A stretch of 64,000 nt of DNA, taken from contig CM068742.1 in NCBI GenBank assembly GCA_035084275.1, forward strand, positions 124,000,001 to 124,064,000. The letters are read 5' to 3'. A program made the position numbers and the translations under genes. Positions 40,255 through 54,190 of this stretch are shown in pieces. Below the pieces are notes generated by a model. The model did not search any database. It was not told where the DNA came from and was given only the letters and a program-made list of their open reading frames with translations. Positions within the stretch are counted from its first letter, which is position 1, and the number at the start of each line of letters is the position of its first letter. Origin of the DNA: Hydrolagus colliei. Taxonomy: Eukaryota.

Positions 40255-40903
40255 AAATAATAATTCTTCCATTTGATATGGCATTCTTAATGTTTAAATC
40301 TCCAAAGTGTTTTATAGTATTTTTAAAATTACTGTTAAGCAAAATGATCTAATCTAATCAGCATCTAAATTGTGCACAGCAACATTCCACAGCAGCCGGG
40401 AGATCATGAGATGATGAATGATTGATTTATCTGGAATCTAGAAGATTGTTGTCCATGACATGTTCCAATTGGGGATGCACTCATAAGGAAAGATGAGAAG
40501 AGAGATTTGGGGGTTCAAATTCAAACCAGCCTTTGAGGGTGCCTGATGATGCTTCACCTGTGCTGAAAGGGCTTAGGTATGATGAAAGAGGGGGTGGACT
40601 AGAATTCTATTTCTTTGAACAGGAGAAGTCTCCTCTTGTTTTCAAATGGTCTGAAAAGACTGGGCAAATCCCCCATCCATTTTCAAACAGTGCCTTGGGA
40701 TCTTTAATGTCCACCTGAACAGGCAGACAGAGCTCAGAGACCCTTCCGAAAGATGGCAACTCCAGCAATGCGGCGCACCGGTAGTAACATATTGGATTGG
40801 AGTGTCAGCCTAAACTATACGAGTTGAAGTCCTGAAGTGGAGCTTGAACCCACAACCTTCTGACTCAGAGGCGAAAGTTCTATCTTTCAGCGAGGCTGAC
40901 ACA
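40255..40903 (-). mobile_element. Older SacSINE1-like Deu-domain SINE, interrupted at ~40461-40621
   Basis: Head CTTGAACCCACAACCTTCTGACTCAGAGGCGA, body GGATCTTTAATGTCCACCTGAACAGGCAGAC, degenerate core and tail; related old copies near 14235-15180, 17960-18320, 36110-36490, 47900-48190 and 54985-55290. Confidence 0.7.
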
Positions 40904-43842
40904 TGTTCAATATTAAGATAATGTAGAAGTTCCACAGAGCACAACCTTCTCAATCTGCCAATGGTTTCTCACCTCTCTAGGTCAATTTATTTGGATGGTT
41001 ATTCACCACAATAGGCAATATATACAACAGCAAAAGTGTATTTATAGAGCACTTTTCACATCGGGAGGACGTCCCTGACTATACTTGGTCTGCTGAGGAA
41101 TGCTTGATGGAGGAGATTCTTAAATGATTCTTAACAGATTTGCAAAGAATATACAATACAGAAACAGACCTCTCAGCCCAGCCAGTCCACGTGGGTGTGT
41201 TTATGCTCTCCATCCATTCCTTACTCTCTCCTCTTCTATTCACTTTTCCCTTATGTAAAGGCTCTAGCTTCCTCTTCTATTCAATAGTTCCTTGCCTTAA
41301 TGTTACATTATCCCTAGAAGTATAATATAGTTTTGTATGGGGCAGCCCATAGAACATCAAGGAAAAAGTTTCTTAGGGTTACTTCATAAGTGAAGGGTAC
41401 AACAACAACAACTTGGATTTATATAGCGCCCTCCACGCCAAACGATGTCTCATAAGTGAAGGTTACTACTTGATGGGCATGTTTAGACAATAGAGTGCTA
41501 TCTGTGTACTGTGTATTAGTAGTGTTCCATTTTGTTCTGATAGGAATTGGACTGAAAACTTTGAATAGAATGGCGTTAAACAGCAATACAGTTATTCTTG
41601 TAAACTTTAATTAGAACACTGAATGACTGAGATATCAAGTACAAATGAAATTCACAGTCAATTGAACAGGACATTTGTGACTCCTCTTGAATGAAATGAG
41701 GCACTCAGAAAATGATAAACATTACTTAGAAATCAGAAGATATCAGCCAGTCATCTTCAACTGAAGCTATTGCTTAATCAAATCCTATTTATTATACCAG
41801 TACCAGTACACTGCATGAATAGAAGTCTTCAGCGTCACGTGAGTTACACACATAATGGTCCAGGTTAGCACAACACTGCGGGGTTGATTGTTAGCTACAT
41901 AACTGTACTTAAACCTTTGACATCTATTTAAAGTCACATCAGCCGGAGGAAGTGGACAGAACAAAATTACAAAAAATACATAAAACTTCCGGTACGATCA
42001 CTATTAACGTCACTAAGGATTTAGCAGTTCATCGTGAGTTGATCATTACAGTACACAAAACCAGTACTAGTGCAGGAAAATGTCACACACCTGTTCAGAC
42101 TGGGGATGTGGCCCGAGCTGGGCACAATGAAATAGCGCAAAGGAAACAGCCAGAGAAAATGAATGACAACAAGGCTCGGGACCGAGTCTACCAATCTCAG
42201 TGGTGCAATGCTTGCAGTTAGTCTCGTCAAACCTTGGCTGTAAATGCAACACTAGCTTCCAACCAGAGAATAGTGAGAGCATTTTGTGTGCAATGACACT
42301 TTCATTTCACCTATGGTTGAAGTTACAATATTAAAATATTACAAACTGTACTAATACTGTCTACGATGTGATTTGTGGCAGATATCAAGGGATGATTCTT
42401 ACTGACACTCCAGGTTTTATTGACCATTACTGTGTGCCTCAAGTATTCATCAACCTTTAAAGTAATAAGCTGGCTCCATAAAATTTATACACATTAATTG
42501 CCTCTGTGCAAAACTGCATGCTCTGTTTACTGCTGTCCTTAATATTATTATGCTTGGTTTTCAGCGCGGATATATGAGAGCTGTCATTCTGGCAATCCTC
42601 ACCACCATAATGGAGGCAATCCCATTAGAGGCCAATATTGTTAATGTTATACATTCAAAGTCAACTGGGATTTCAGGCCTGTGTGATCACAGTACCACAA
42701 ATACTCAAGAGATTTGTCACTAGAGCACAAGCCAGTTTGAAGGTCGGCTTCACAAGTGTTAACCAAATCTGAAAATTTCCACTTTACAGAGATGTATTCA
42801 TACAACTAAAAGCAAGCACTTTGACAGCAAATAACTGCGATATATTTATCCCTCATTCCACTGTGATTGTCTTTTTCTTTACAACTCTACTCTGTTTCAC
42901 GATCTGCCTCCTCATCTACATCCATGATGCATTGCTTTCCATTCTATTTGTCAGAGCTTGTAACATCCATTAAACTTTAACGTGAGAGAAAGATTAAGAG
43001 GGCAAATGCTTTATACATTAAAAAAACATAGTTAATATGCCAGATTTGCACAGGTGCTCCAGCGTGGTACCCACTCCACCATCAGTGCCCAGACTTTCCG
43101 TCTGTCTGCCTGAACACTCAGGAACTCCATCTGGGATTCCCTCGGACTCGCTCTCTACTTCACCTCTTTCAAGGTCAATCTCAAGATCTTCTCCTGTGTT
43201 CTATTTTTCTCTCCCCACCCCATCGAATCTCACCTCAGCTGCCAAACTATGACTGCTATGAGACTTGGTCAACCTCCTGATATGAATGGCACTATTTAAA
43301 TGTAAATGTATATTGTGTTGTACAATATACCCTTTGCAATCTTTATGATACTTAAACATGTGAGGATTATTAAGGATTATTATTTGTCAGAGATTATAAC
43401 TTCCAATTGGAAGATAATCTTCTAAAAACTTTCAATTGAAAAGAAGATTGAGAGGGAACGAAAATTTATTAACATTCAAAATTTGCTCCAGTGCGATAGA
43501 TTATGTATGTGTTTGTGTATATGGGTGCGGGGAGGGGGAGTTCCCAGGGGACACCTCACAATAAGGGAACATGTCGCTAGTTCCTCTATCTGGAAACAAG
43601 CCTCTTTCTAACTGATGATTTATGGGGCAATGGAAGCATTTGAAACAAATTGCACCACAGGGTAGAAATTCCACCTGGGTCTAGTTTTACCTTATTAGTC
43701 CAGCCTGCCAGAGAGTCCAGATTCTAACAAATTCATAAATACAGTCTTAATATTGTTGCCTGATGTTCCATAAATTGCATAAGTAAACCAACTTTAAATG
43801 CAAAACTGAATTCAACAACCTGCCAAATTCTGGACACTCTGA

Positions 43843-44172
43843 AATAATCCTTGAATTTTAATACAGCACTTTTCACATCTTCTAGACGTGTCAAAGCGCT
43901 TCACAGAATATACATTCATATTCATTCAGAATAATGAATTGACTGTATATTTGTGGGCAAAACACAGTGGCCAATTGCGCACAGCAGTGTCCCAAAGATA
44001 GTCATGGATTGAGTTGACCAATTTTATTATTGAAGTTTTTTTTTCGAGGGATTATTATTAGCCGTGTGGAGTAAGGAAACTTGCCTTAGGTTTCACCCTG
44101 ACCTGCCTGGATTCAAACACTGCTCTCACGCTTGTAAGGCAAGTGCTCTAACCACTGAGCTACAGAACTCTA
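43843..44172 (-). mobile_element. Same SINE family
   Basis: Full tail-core-head match. Confidence 0.85.
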
Positions 44173-46983
44173 CAAGTGGAAGCATAATGTGACATAAAAA
44201 GAGTAAATAAAGGCCAGATTGAATTATGCCCTGCCTGATGTTAGGCTATGATGATGTGATACTTTGTAAAATTGTACAGCATTGAAATTTGGCCCATCAA
44301 GTCTGAGCTGGTATTTTTCACCATATGGGTCATCGACTTGATAACCACTCACCTGCTCGTTCCTCGTGCCTTACTTACATTTATGTCGAGCATTCATCTA
44401 ATTCCCTTTGAAAAGAAATCAACAATAACTTGCAAAAATAGTTCCACATTCAAGCTATCCTTTGTGTGAATAATGCATCTTTCTGATATTACTTTTAATT
44501 CCTTTTGTGATTATCTTAAATTAGTGCTCTCTAGTTATTGACTCATCGAGCAGTGGAAATTACCAGACTCCGGAATCTGGTGTTTAATTGTCCTAATGTC
44601 ATACAATGAGGAGTGGGGAGTATAAATCCGGCTCACTTATCTGGACTGCTGTAGAAATAATAATAATAATGATAATAATAATCTTTGGATTTGATATATG
44701 TTTGGTACATTGTTGAGACAAATCAAAATGATTCACAGAATATGCTGCAAAGTATATTTTGTGGGCATAACGGCCATAGTGGTGGATGTCAAGAGGCTTC
44801 ACTTACACAGCATTGGTGCAGTGTGAAATTTCTGGCATTGGCAGTGGGGAGAGAAGAGAAGGATGTGACATCACAGCTCCTGGTGGTTTTATGGAAGTAA
44901 GTGGTGTCTGAAGTGAGGAGAATAGTGTTTACACTGAGGAGATTAATATCACATTGTTGCATTGGTTTATTACATGTCCATCCCCAGTTTGTTCTTGGCT
45001 TCAGTGATCACGGCATACAATTATAAATGCAATTGCTGCTTACCAGACTCCAACTCTGGTTATCATTTAGGCATAGCAATACGTTCATTGATGCTGGGTG
45101 CAGGACAGACTAATGCTAAATACTGGAGTTTAAAACATAGCCCTACACTCTGGGTTTTCAGCAATTATCATCAAATGCCTACACAAAGCGCAATACCCCA
45201 GCTCCCTGCGATTAAATAGAGCACATGCTTTAAATGATCTTCTTTTAAAATCAAAACTGCATATTAAGAACAGAATTAAATACACTGCATGATAAGAAGA
45301 CAGATAATATATGTAAATCTGCACTGTAGGATTCATAATGACATTTGGGGTTCCTGCACATTTCATGTGATGCCCCTCATTTTGTGGATTCAATAGACCA
45401 GTTCACCACCCTTGTGACATTGGAGTCATTCATATATTGATCTCTTAAAGTACATCTTAGGTCTGAAAAGTATCATGTTCTTCAATTTAAGATTATTGAA
45501 TGAAAATGTAAGATTTTACAAAATATATATAAACTAACCGTTACTTCAAGTTTAATTTGGAAGATGATTTCTGTTGCGTCCAAAACAAAATATGGAAAAT
45601 TCATTCCCAAATCAAGATTTAAGTTTATTTTCCCATTTTGCTTTCAACGTAGCACATCTCATCTTCTTTCTATTGCCACCTTCCTCTCTGCTTCTGGTGT
45701 CTTCTTTTGGGGATCTGGTTTAATGGGTTCTGGTTGTTTTTTGGTACTCTGTCCAAGTGACCATTGGTCTTTGGCAGGTAAGTATGGGCCAGCTACTGGG
45801 TTGTGGAGGGCATTACAGATGAGCCTGACCTCTCCACACCCAGCTGCCACAAACACAATTAGCAGAGTGCAACAAATGCACTCAAAATTGCACTGTCTGC
45901 TTTTAGTTTCCTATAATGCTGGATCCAATTTGATCTCTGCATGCAGCCCTGATTGAGACCAGCAAATTCAACAGAGTGGAATTGGAACCAGCAAGCTCTC
46001 TGTCTGAAAGTTGCAGCTTTATTCACTTCACCATTAGTGCTGTCTCCAAGCATTATCTTCTGAAATTCAACATAATAATACCTTTAAGACAATAGTTGGA
46101 CACTTAAGAACAACAAGAGAATTTGGGCACCTATATGTTTGTTTGTAATGGAAAGTTTTGATCTAAACAAGTAATAGAAGTATTGCTACTGCACTACTAG
46201 ATATTCACCTCAATCTCACATGAGCACAATCTAAATCGTTACAGAGATCTCATCAGTGACAGTGACTTTCAGGCACTCACTTAAGAGTCACCTCACAGCT
46301 CAATCCATGTACAATGATTATGAGCCTTGGGACCATTGCACTTGCAAAGGAGATGTTTGAATACCCTCCTCTGTCAGTCCACAATTATATAATGAAACAT
46401 ATTCGGATGGCTATGCTCCCCGTTAGAGTAATAAAACATTGACCTATATTGAGGAGCCTCCCAAAAAAGTTTCTGTGTTGAGTCTATATTATAGCTATTC
46501 TATGATGTAGCTTATTTCCTCATGGAAGACAGACATGTTTAATTTTGGTTACACTTTTCCTATTTATAATACAGTATTAGCCTTTGGGTCAGTATATATT
46601 GCGTGACCATTTCATTTATAAAGTCATTCACAGTCTGTGGGGAATTTGCTTTCCTGCGGGCTGTAATTTAGCAAGTAAATACAGAACAACTGGATCCTAC
46701 TGTGACTAGAATTGTTATTTCTTTACGGGTGAGGAGGTTGTGGAGCGAGACAATGCCTGTGTTTGAAATTTACGCAACATGCATTGTAACCTGTCATCAG
46801 GAGGAAAGTAACTAGTTATCGGATATGTGTCAGATGGCCACACACCTAAAGCAAAATGAGCATTGAGAGAGCACGCGAGCAGGAACAAAGATTATGTGTG
46901 CTTGGGACATGTGTGGAATAATTTCCCTTTAACATCCTACGTTCAGCAATGGTGTGTCCGGCTTAAATATTTTTTTTTTGTCT

Positions 46984-46989
46984 TTTATT
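46984..46989 (-). terminator. Possible proximal poly(A) signal of chrna8
   Basis: AATAAA on the minus strand about 55 nt after the stop; the true 3' UTR may be much longer. Confidence 0.25.
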
Positions 46990-47042
46990 ATACGTTAGCT
47001 GACCTTGAGTTTCAATATATTTATTTACTGCTCCACAGCGAC

Positions 47043-47564
47043 TCATGCAAAATCCTTAGACACGGCTTCTATGAAATTAGGGGCGGCCATTAGAATGGCG
47101 AATGTACAAACTATAGAAAAAACCGTGAACGCCACAAGGCAGAGTCTGTCTACCACGGCTGCCGCAAACTTCCACTCGCTGGAGATGGCCTCTCCCTGGT
47201 CCTGGTCTCTGAAGCGCTTGGCGATGAACTGCACCTCCTCGAGGATCTTCAGGATCTCTGGGGAGCTCTCTGGGGGAGGGCTGCTCTGAACCGTGCCGTG
47301 GTCCTCGGTGGTGGAGGAGGTGATTCGTCCACACATGACCCCCGAGTCACTGCTAGGGGGGCAGCAGGGGTTCTCCATGGTGTGGTAGCCAAAGTAGATC
47401 ATGTTGCCATTGATGGTCTGCTGTGCAGAGAGCCCGCTCATCTCCACACTGCTGATGCTCTGTGGTTGCTGCCGGCTGTACCTGTAAGGGATGTCACTCT
47501 TGCCTTCGCCGGGCTTCTTCATTCGCAGGAACCAGGCGCACCAGTTCAACAGGACCACTCTTAC
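47043..47564 (-). CDS. chrna8: Neuronal nicotinic acetylcholine receptor alpha7-subfamily subunit, most likely alpha8; last coding exon (cytoplasmic loop and TM4)
   Basis: tttcccacAG acceptor; [20 protein letters not shown]...[13 protein letters not shown]...[44 protein letters not shown] then TGA. The loop segment [17 protein letters not shown] resembles chicken alpha8 as I recall it, rather than alpha7; alpha11 not excluded without a tree. Confidence 0.85.
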   Translation of the reverse strand, partial: VRVVLLNWCAWFLRMKKPGEGKSDIPYRYSRQQPQSISSVEMSGLSAQQTINGNMIYFGYHTMENPCCPPSSDSGVMCGRITSSTTEDHGTVQSSPPPESSPEILKILEEVQFIAKRFRDQDQGEAISSEWKFAAAVVDRLCLVAFTVFSIVCTFAILMAAPNFIEAVSKDFA

Positions 47565-48304
47565 CTGTGGGAAACACAAAGCCATGACAAACATTCAGGT
47601 GGATTGCTCAGCCTCACCACAATGTCATAATACCAATTATAATAATCCCTGCATTTCATACAACACCTTATCAAGTCATAAAGATGTCTCAAAACGCTTC
47701 ACAAAATATATTGTAAAGTCAATTAACTGTACATTTTGCGGGTGAAAATATAATTTTGTGGGCAAAATGCATCAGCCAATCGCTCACAACAATGTCCCAC
47801 AAACTGCCATGGTATGGGAAAGCAATATTGCTGCATTAGTCCATGAGCAGTGAAAAACTACACTAATAGACCCATAAAATAGAACTCCCACTCATATTAA
47901 TAATAATCACATTTGGTATAGCCCTTTTCATTTGAGGAGAATGTCCCAAAGGGCATCGCAGGATCCATTGTAAAGTGGAATGATTGTGTTTCTGTTGGTG
48001 AACGCAGCAGCCAATTTGACCACAGCAATGTCCCACAAATAGCCATGAAGTGAATGATTGTTAACTGGGACATTGGAAGAAACTGTTTAATATTCACCTG
48101 AACAGGCAGACTTGGCCTTGGTTTAACATTTCATCTGTCGACATCTAATATCGGCATCTTTAAGATTGCAACACACCTCAACACTGCTTTTGCATGTCCT
48201 AGTGCCATGACTACAACACCAACATGACCTAGCCTTGTCAGGCCTTCCTCTGGGCTCTGGCTTGTGCATTCTGAAATATTTCAAAATGCACTAATAATAA
48301 AAAT

Positions 48305-48512
48305 AACAACACGCCTAATAATAATCCCTGAAAAAACCCACGATAATTAATTGATCATTTCAATCCACAACTGTTTGTGGGACGATGCTGTGCGCAATTG
48401 GCTGCTGTATTTCTCCCACAGTCAATTCACTTTACAGTATATTCTGTGAAGTGCTTTGAGATATCTAGAAGACGTGAAAAGCGCTATATCAAATGCATGG
48501 ATTATTATTATT
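48305..48512 (+). mobile_element. 5'-truncated SINE copy
   Basis: Deu-like core and tail ending GATTATTATTATT. Confidence 0.8.
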
Positions 48513-50159
48513 GTTTCCTCTTTAAAGTTCAAGCTTGAGCAAAATTATGAACCAAAGCACTACAGAGGTTAATTTAAAAATGTCCATGTTACACTCGAGA
48601 CAGCTGTTGAGAAATACCCTTCGTCCACCTCTATCTGATAAAGTAATAAATGATATTGCTTCACAAGTTCATACTCCTTAACTTTCCCTTGAATTAAACA
48701 TTGATCAGTCTGCTGCAATATTCAGAATGAGCCCAAAAATGAGAAAACCTATAAGGATGCATTAAAAAATAATGCTGGTCTTTCTCTGGTTGACTGATCT
48801 AGATGTGGCTGCTCAGCATTTTAAAGTGTTCTCATCAAACTGCAAGGCACATATTTAATTAGATCTGCTGGGCATGGCAACCTGTAATATATTAAAGAGT
48901 CATGTTGTGTGATCATCAAGTCACTAACTATCCTCGGAAAACCTAGCCAGGGATGTCCTTTAAGGGAAGAAAGTCAGATTCCATCTTCGCAATAAAGATC
49001 TTGAAAAGACTTTGTGGGTGTTATAGGATGTATTTCTATGCTTCACATGCTGCAAGGCGATTGCATCGTAAGCATTGCTTGGTGCCTAAATTTGAATGTG
49101 GGGTTGAGATACATGGGAATAAGAATGGGGGGAGGGCAGGGAGGGTGTGTGGTCAAAGGGGCGTGACTTGAAGGAGGCAAGAGAGGTGAAGGGAATGTGT
49201 GTTGGAGTTCCAAAGTGTGGGGGCTAAGAGGCTGAAGGCCTGACCACCAATGGTGGGGCGCGCCAGGTGAGGACATGGAGCAGGCCGGAGCCTGCTGAGC
49301 GGAAGGAGCAGACGGTTGATAAAGGTTTACTTATGGATGGAATATGGCTTTACAAAAGTGGAATATTTATTGCAGGTATTGGTTCAATTCCAGCAGTACC
49401 TCAATGCACTCTCTGGGATTCCCAAACCAGGCTCTTGCCAAACCATGCTTAGTATTCTGCAGGATTGAGTAAGGAAGGTGAGACCCTCAGGGGAAGGTGC
49501 ACATTTCATTTGGGGTATGGAAATTTCCATGTGAAGATAGCATACATATGTGGAACTCTCAGACTGATTTGGATACCCTTAAGCATAGTGAGTGGTTTCC
49601 ACATGTGTCAGACACCCAAATGAGGCTACAGAACAACATCTGACAGAGAGACTCTGGACAGAGAGTGTGGGGTCCACTTTCTGCCAGAAATCTCACATCA
49701 ATATTAAAAAGATGTAGAAGCAGATTCCTCTGCATTACTTATTTTTACAGTCATCCACAAATTATTTTTATCGTGGATTAGTGTGTGTGCAAATGAACTA
49801 CAATTAATGTATATCGATAATGTATTACATGATGAATCAAACTAATATATATATGGTTTGCCCTGAAGATAGGGCAAAGGTCTTTCAAATTTAATGAACA
49901 ATATGGTAATTCTGCTGCTGTTGAAAGGTATTATTCCTTGACCCTCAGCTCTGACAAAGTGAAAATGAAACCAATCAATTTGGTTTTAGTCACAGTCAAA
50001 ATCTCTACCAAACTACTGTATTGACACAAAATGCACAACAGCCCATCATGCAATGACTGTACTTATAGGCAACAGCTGCACCAATTTTACATCACCCAGG
50101 TCCCACCTCATAGCTTACTTTGTCTTGATGATGTGATCATCAAGGCACTCTTAATAAAA

Positions 50160-50387
50160 AATAATTCTTGCGTTTGATATGGTGTTTTTTAAGACTTCTA
50201 GACATCTCAAAGCTTCTCACATAATATACTGTAAAGTGAATTGATTGAAAATGTTGTGGGCGAAATGCAAAATTGCACACAGCAATATCCCACAAACAGT
50301 TGTGGATTGAAGTGGCCAATTCATTATTATTAAAACATTTTTAGGGATTATTAGTCCTGTGGAGTAAGGAAATTTGCCCAAGGTTTG
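50160..50387 (-). mobile_element. 5'-truncated SINE copy
   Basis: Tail and core match; head absent. Confidence 0.78.
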
Positions 50388-52282
50388 GAATGACAAAGGT
50401 GAGAAGCAATTCTATCCAGCTTCTTGAAGAGTAATATCATGTGCATCTAAATTTTACTGGTCTTTGGCAGCATTTACGAATGTGCTGAGATTCTAAATTC
50501 AGTCTCGATTTTTAATTACCGGTATAGAATTAAAGAATCATGCAGATAGAAGGAGGTCATTTGGCCCTTGTGCCTGTGCAACTACTTTGAAAGAGCTATC
50601 CAATTAGACTCCCTCCCCCACTTTCCCCACAGCCTTGTAACTTTTTCCTTTTCAAGTCTGTATCCAATAACCTTTTGAAAGTTATTATTCTCCACCACCC
50701 CCACCCCAGGTGCTGTGTTTCATCATTCCACAGAGGAGTTTGGGTCCTTCTCAACATACTTTATACTTTGCAGCAATAAGATTTTTTTTCCTGTATCAAC
50801 TCCTGTACTAGCTCCTCTCTCTGATTGAGTGATCTTTTATATAATCATTAATAATAATCCTAATACTGTAATAATATAATCTCTGCATTTAATTTAGTGC
50901 CTTATCATGTCAAGACGTCTCATAGCACTTCACATGATATACTGTAAAGTGGTATATCATTGGTGCGTATTTTGCAGGTGATCTGTACCAAAGGAATGCC
51001 TTGCCATTGTAAAACCTAAGTTAGGCACAGTGAATAAAAGTTATATGGGAGTTATTGAGTGATTCAGAAGGCATAGACAGTAGTTTCAGTGAAATATCTT
51101 GCAATATATTTTCATTCTTTTTATCCCAAAGGGACAAATCTGCTTCACGAGAGCATGATATGAGACCATATCATTCTTCAAAATTTTCTTATAGAGTTGC
51201 TTCTTGCTATTTCTTTGGTAATATCTCCAGGACATGCAAGATGTCTTCAGAAAATTCCTCTATGTTAATGGACTTTGGAGATATATAATGGGGAGATGGT
51301 TTCCGAGGTCCCAATTATTGCAACACAATCCTTTTGTAAATATTGTGAATTAGATCTCACTGAGGGCCTAACTCAACTTTGCTCAACATCTGCGGAAAGA
51401 TGTTTTGCTGAACTTTCCCTCAGGAGATTAAATAAGTAGAATGTATGACAGGGTAGATATCACCTGCCGTACAGAAGGATATGGACTGAATATAAATTTG
51501 TGAAACCTTTCCTCTGTTAAGCAGCAACGTTCTTCTCCTCACCTCACCTCATTTCAGAACAAATGTTGAGGTGCTCAGGTACAGTACAGTAGTTGCTGTT
51601 TGCAAGTTTTGCAAAACAAGTAATGCAGTGACATCTAGATTATTCAAATGTTCCATGGAAAATAAGTCACACATCAAGGCTGCACAATTCCAGACAGATT
51701 CTGAGAAAATGTACAACTCGCAATGACCGTTCACTGTACTAAAGAATACATCCAGGCTGGGTGATACATATGCGTCTAGTCATGGATATTTCCCTGTATT
51801 CTCCTGGCAGGGATACACCCTGCTTGTTTAATCCAAGAAAATATCTAACATAACTCAGTGTAAGTCAAGGCATGGGTTTATGCATTGAGGTACTGCTGGA
51901 GTTTATCCGACTATTGTACCTGCCATTCTGAATGGTGTCTGGCAAGCACCTACCTATGTTCTCAAATGAGGAATGTTGGCAAACAGACATTTCGTGAAGC
52001 TATATCCACCCCTAAAGTGCTAGCAACAGATCAATGTAAGCTGGAGACTTCCTCCCTGTTTACCATAAATTCACCTCATTGCTTGCGGTCAATGGAGCAT
52101 GATAGTGATGAAGAGTGTGCGTGGAACCTGGTATGGTTAACAACATTAGCTGGAGAATACAGGGCAAGTGGTTGGGAAAGTCAAATATTGAAGTGGCAAA
52201 GGAATGAATTAGAGGGATTTTAGCAGCAGGGAGTGGTGAAGTAAGGCATTTAATGGGTGATAATGTGGAAATGGATAAAGGC

Positions 52283-52603
52283 TATAATAATAATAATAAT
52301 CCTTGCATTTGATTTTATGCCTTATCACATCTTTAAGACATCTTAAAGCATTTCACAGAATATACTGTATATTTTGTGGACCAAAAAAGGGAGCTAACTG
52401 CACACAGGTGTCTCTCGAACAGTTGTGGATTTATTATTTATTTTTGCAGGAATTATTACCCCCAGAAAAGCGATCCACCAATCTACTAAAAACTGAGTGC
52501 CTACTTACTGCTAGGTAAACAAGTATGTGGAGTAACAAAACTTGCCCTACATTTACAGTCAAATCAAACCCAGTTCTCTAACCACGGAGTTATAAGATGC
52601 CAC
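52283..52603 (-). mobile_element. SINE copy (long form)
   Basis: Tail, core, internal CTACTTACTGCTAGGTAAACA block and degenerate head. Confidence 0.8.
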
Positions 52604-54190
52604 TGTCCAATGGACTAAATTTAAATGATTTAAAGATTAAAGGCAAATTATTTTGAGAATTACTCCGAGAATCCTTCAGCACTTGACCAAATGTAATTTG
52701 TGAAAAGTCATTTCATTTAAAGTCAATGGTTAAGGAAAATCTGCATAAAATGCACACCTTTCATTTCCCTAAGTATATTGTCATGTTTCACCATTTTTAC
52801 TCTTGTTCACTTTGTCACTTAGTGGATTTGAATTAACTATCAATTCTTCCATAGACACCTGGAAAGATTAGAACAAAGAACAATTCTTGAAGGGTGTCTT
52901 AAATCAGCTGGAAACAAATTCACATTTACCTGACAGATCACTAAGGAGCAATTATTACTATTTACTTTCACATATTAAATACAGTACAGTAAATTATGTT
53001 GCTGTTCCAGATGAAAGGTTCTCTCTCTAATGGTACATTACTTGATCGATGTGGATTGAATTAGATCAAGAAGGATGGCAGGGGATTTAGGAATAAAAGA
53101 TTCTCCCACATAAGTGATGAATTGCCAATTAGGAAATTAAATTTAATTGAGAACAAAGAGATTCTGAAATCTCTGAACCACTGTGTTGATCAAGCCAAAG
53201 CATTGGCGATCAGATTAAAACAAATAAATTTAAAACTGAGAGTCAGAGGAGAAAGAACAAGTGGGGCTAAAGCAACCACCAGGAGCTTAACCGGTAGTAC
53301 ATTGTACACTCACACATTCCATGCACGGTATGCGGAGTTACTAATCCTTAGAATATAAACTTGTTTATCCTGATGCATCTTGTTTGTGTATCCCACATGA
53401 TGTGATCTGTCAATTATTATTATAACAATTAGCACCTTGTTGTTTGTGTCTATCTTTTATATTACTGTCAATAAAGATAGTTTAAAATCTGGCTTAAAGT
53501 ATCTGGCCATCAAAGAGAAACCCATCCGATGGTCATTTTGGGGAGAATTGCTTTCTGTGACTCTATGTTTGTCATATCACCATCCCAGTACATTCACTGA
53601 CACATGCAGAAATGCCGTTAACTTCTCTCCAGAGTTTGGCAGCAATATCTATTACCATTGCAGCGCATTGAAATACTGCAAATATTGAGTTTCCAGCTAA
53701 GCAATATTCTCCCACGCTCACACCAATGTCTGCTCCAGCTTAGCTCTTTTACTGATGCCGATTACAATCGGGGCTAAGATGTAATTGCATAAAGTTCATT
53801 ATGTGAGCAGTAACTCAGCATAAAAGCCTTTTGGGAACTGTTGCATAACAATTTTGTATTGAGAATATGAGTGAACAGTGAAACACTCTTCCTTTATCTC
53901 TTCACCTTGTCCCTTCCTTCCCTATCTTCAGGTCGTGCCTGAAGAGCTTCCTATTCGCCTGTGCCTAGAGTCACGTAACCCTCCCCCTCACGGCTCGGTT
54001 GGACAAATTGGCTGAATTATTTGCCTTCAAAAATACACAGCCTCTACAGTGAATCCTGTGAAGCATTTTGAGACATTCTCCTGACATGAAAGGTACTATA
54101 TCAAATGCAAATATTATTATTATAATTAATAATTCTAGATTATAATATTATGAATTGGAAACTCAAGAGTAACCATGCTCCATAAATACA

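Noticed and set aside
45659-45856. Minus-strand ORF with a charged tail (KKQPEPIKPDPQKKTPEAERK)
   Set aside because: No recognisable homology, no ATG start and no convincing exon boundaries on that strand.
47298-47630. 110-aa plus-strand ORF
   Set aside because: Antisense shadow of the GC-rich chrna8 exon.
53925-53946. 8-bp hairpin TCTTCAGG/CCTGAAGA containing CTGAAGA
   Set aside because: No downstream stem II or GAAA box, so not a hammerhead; a short palindrome expected by chance.
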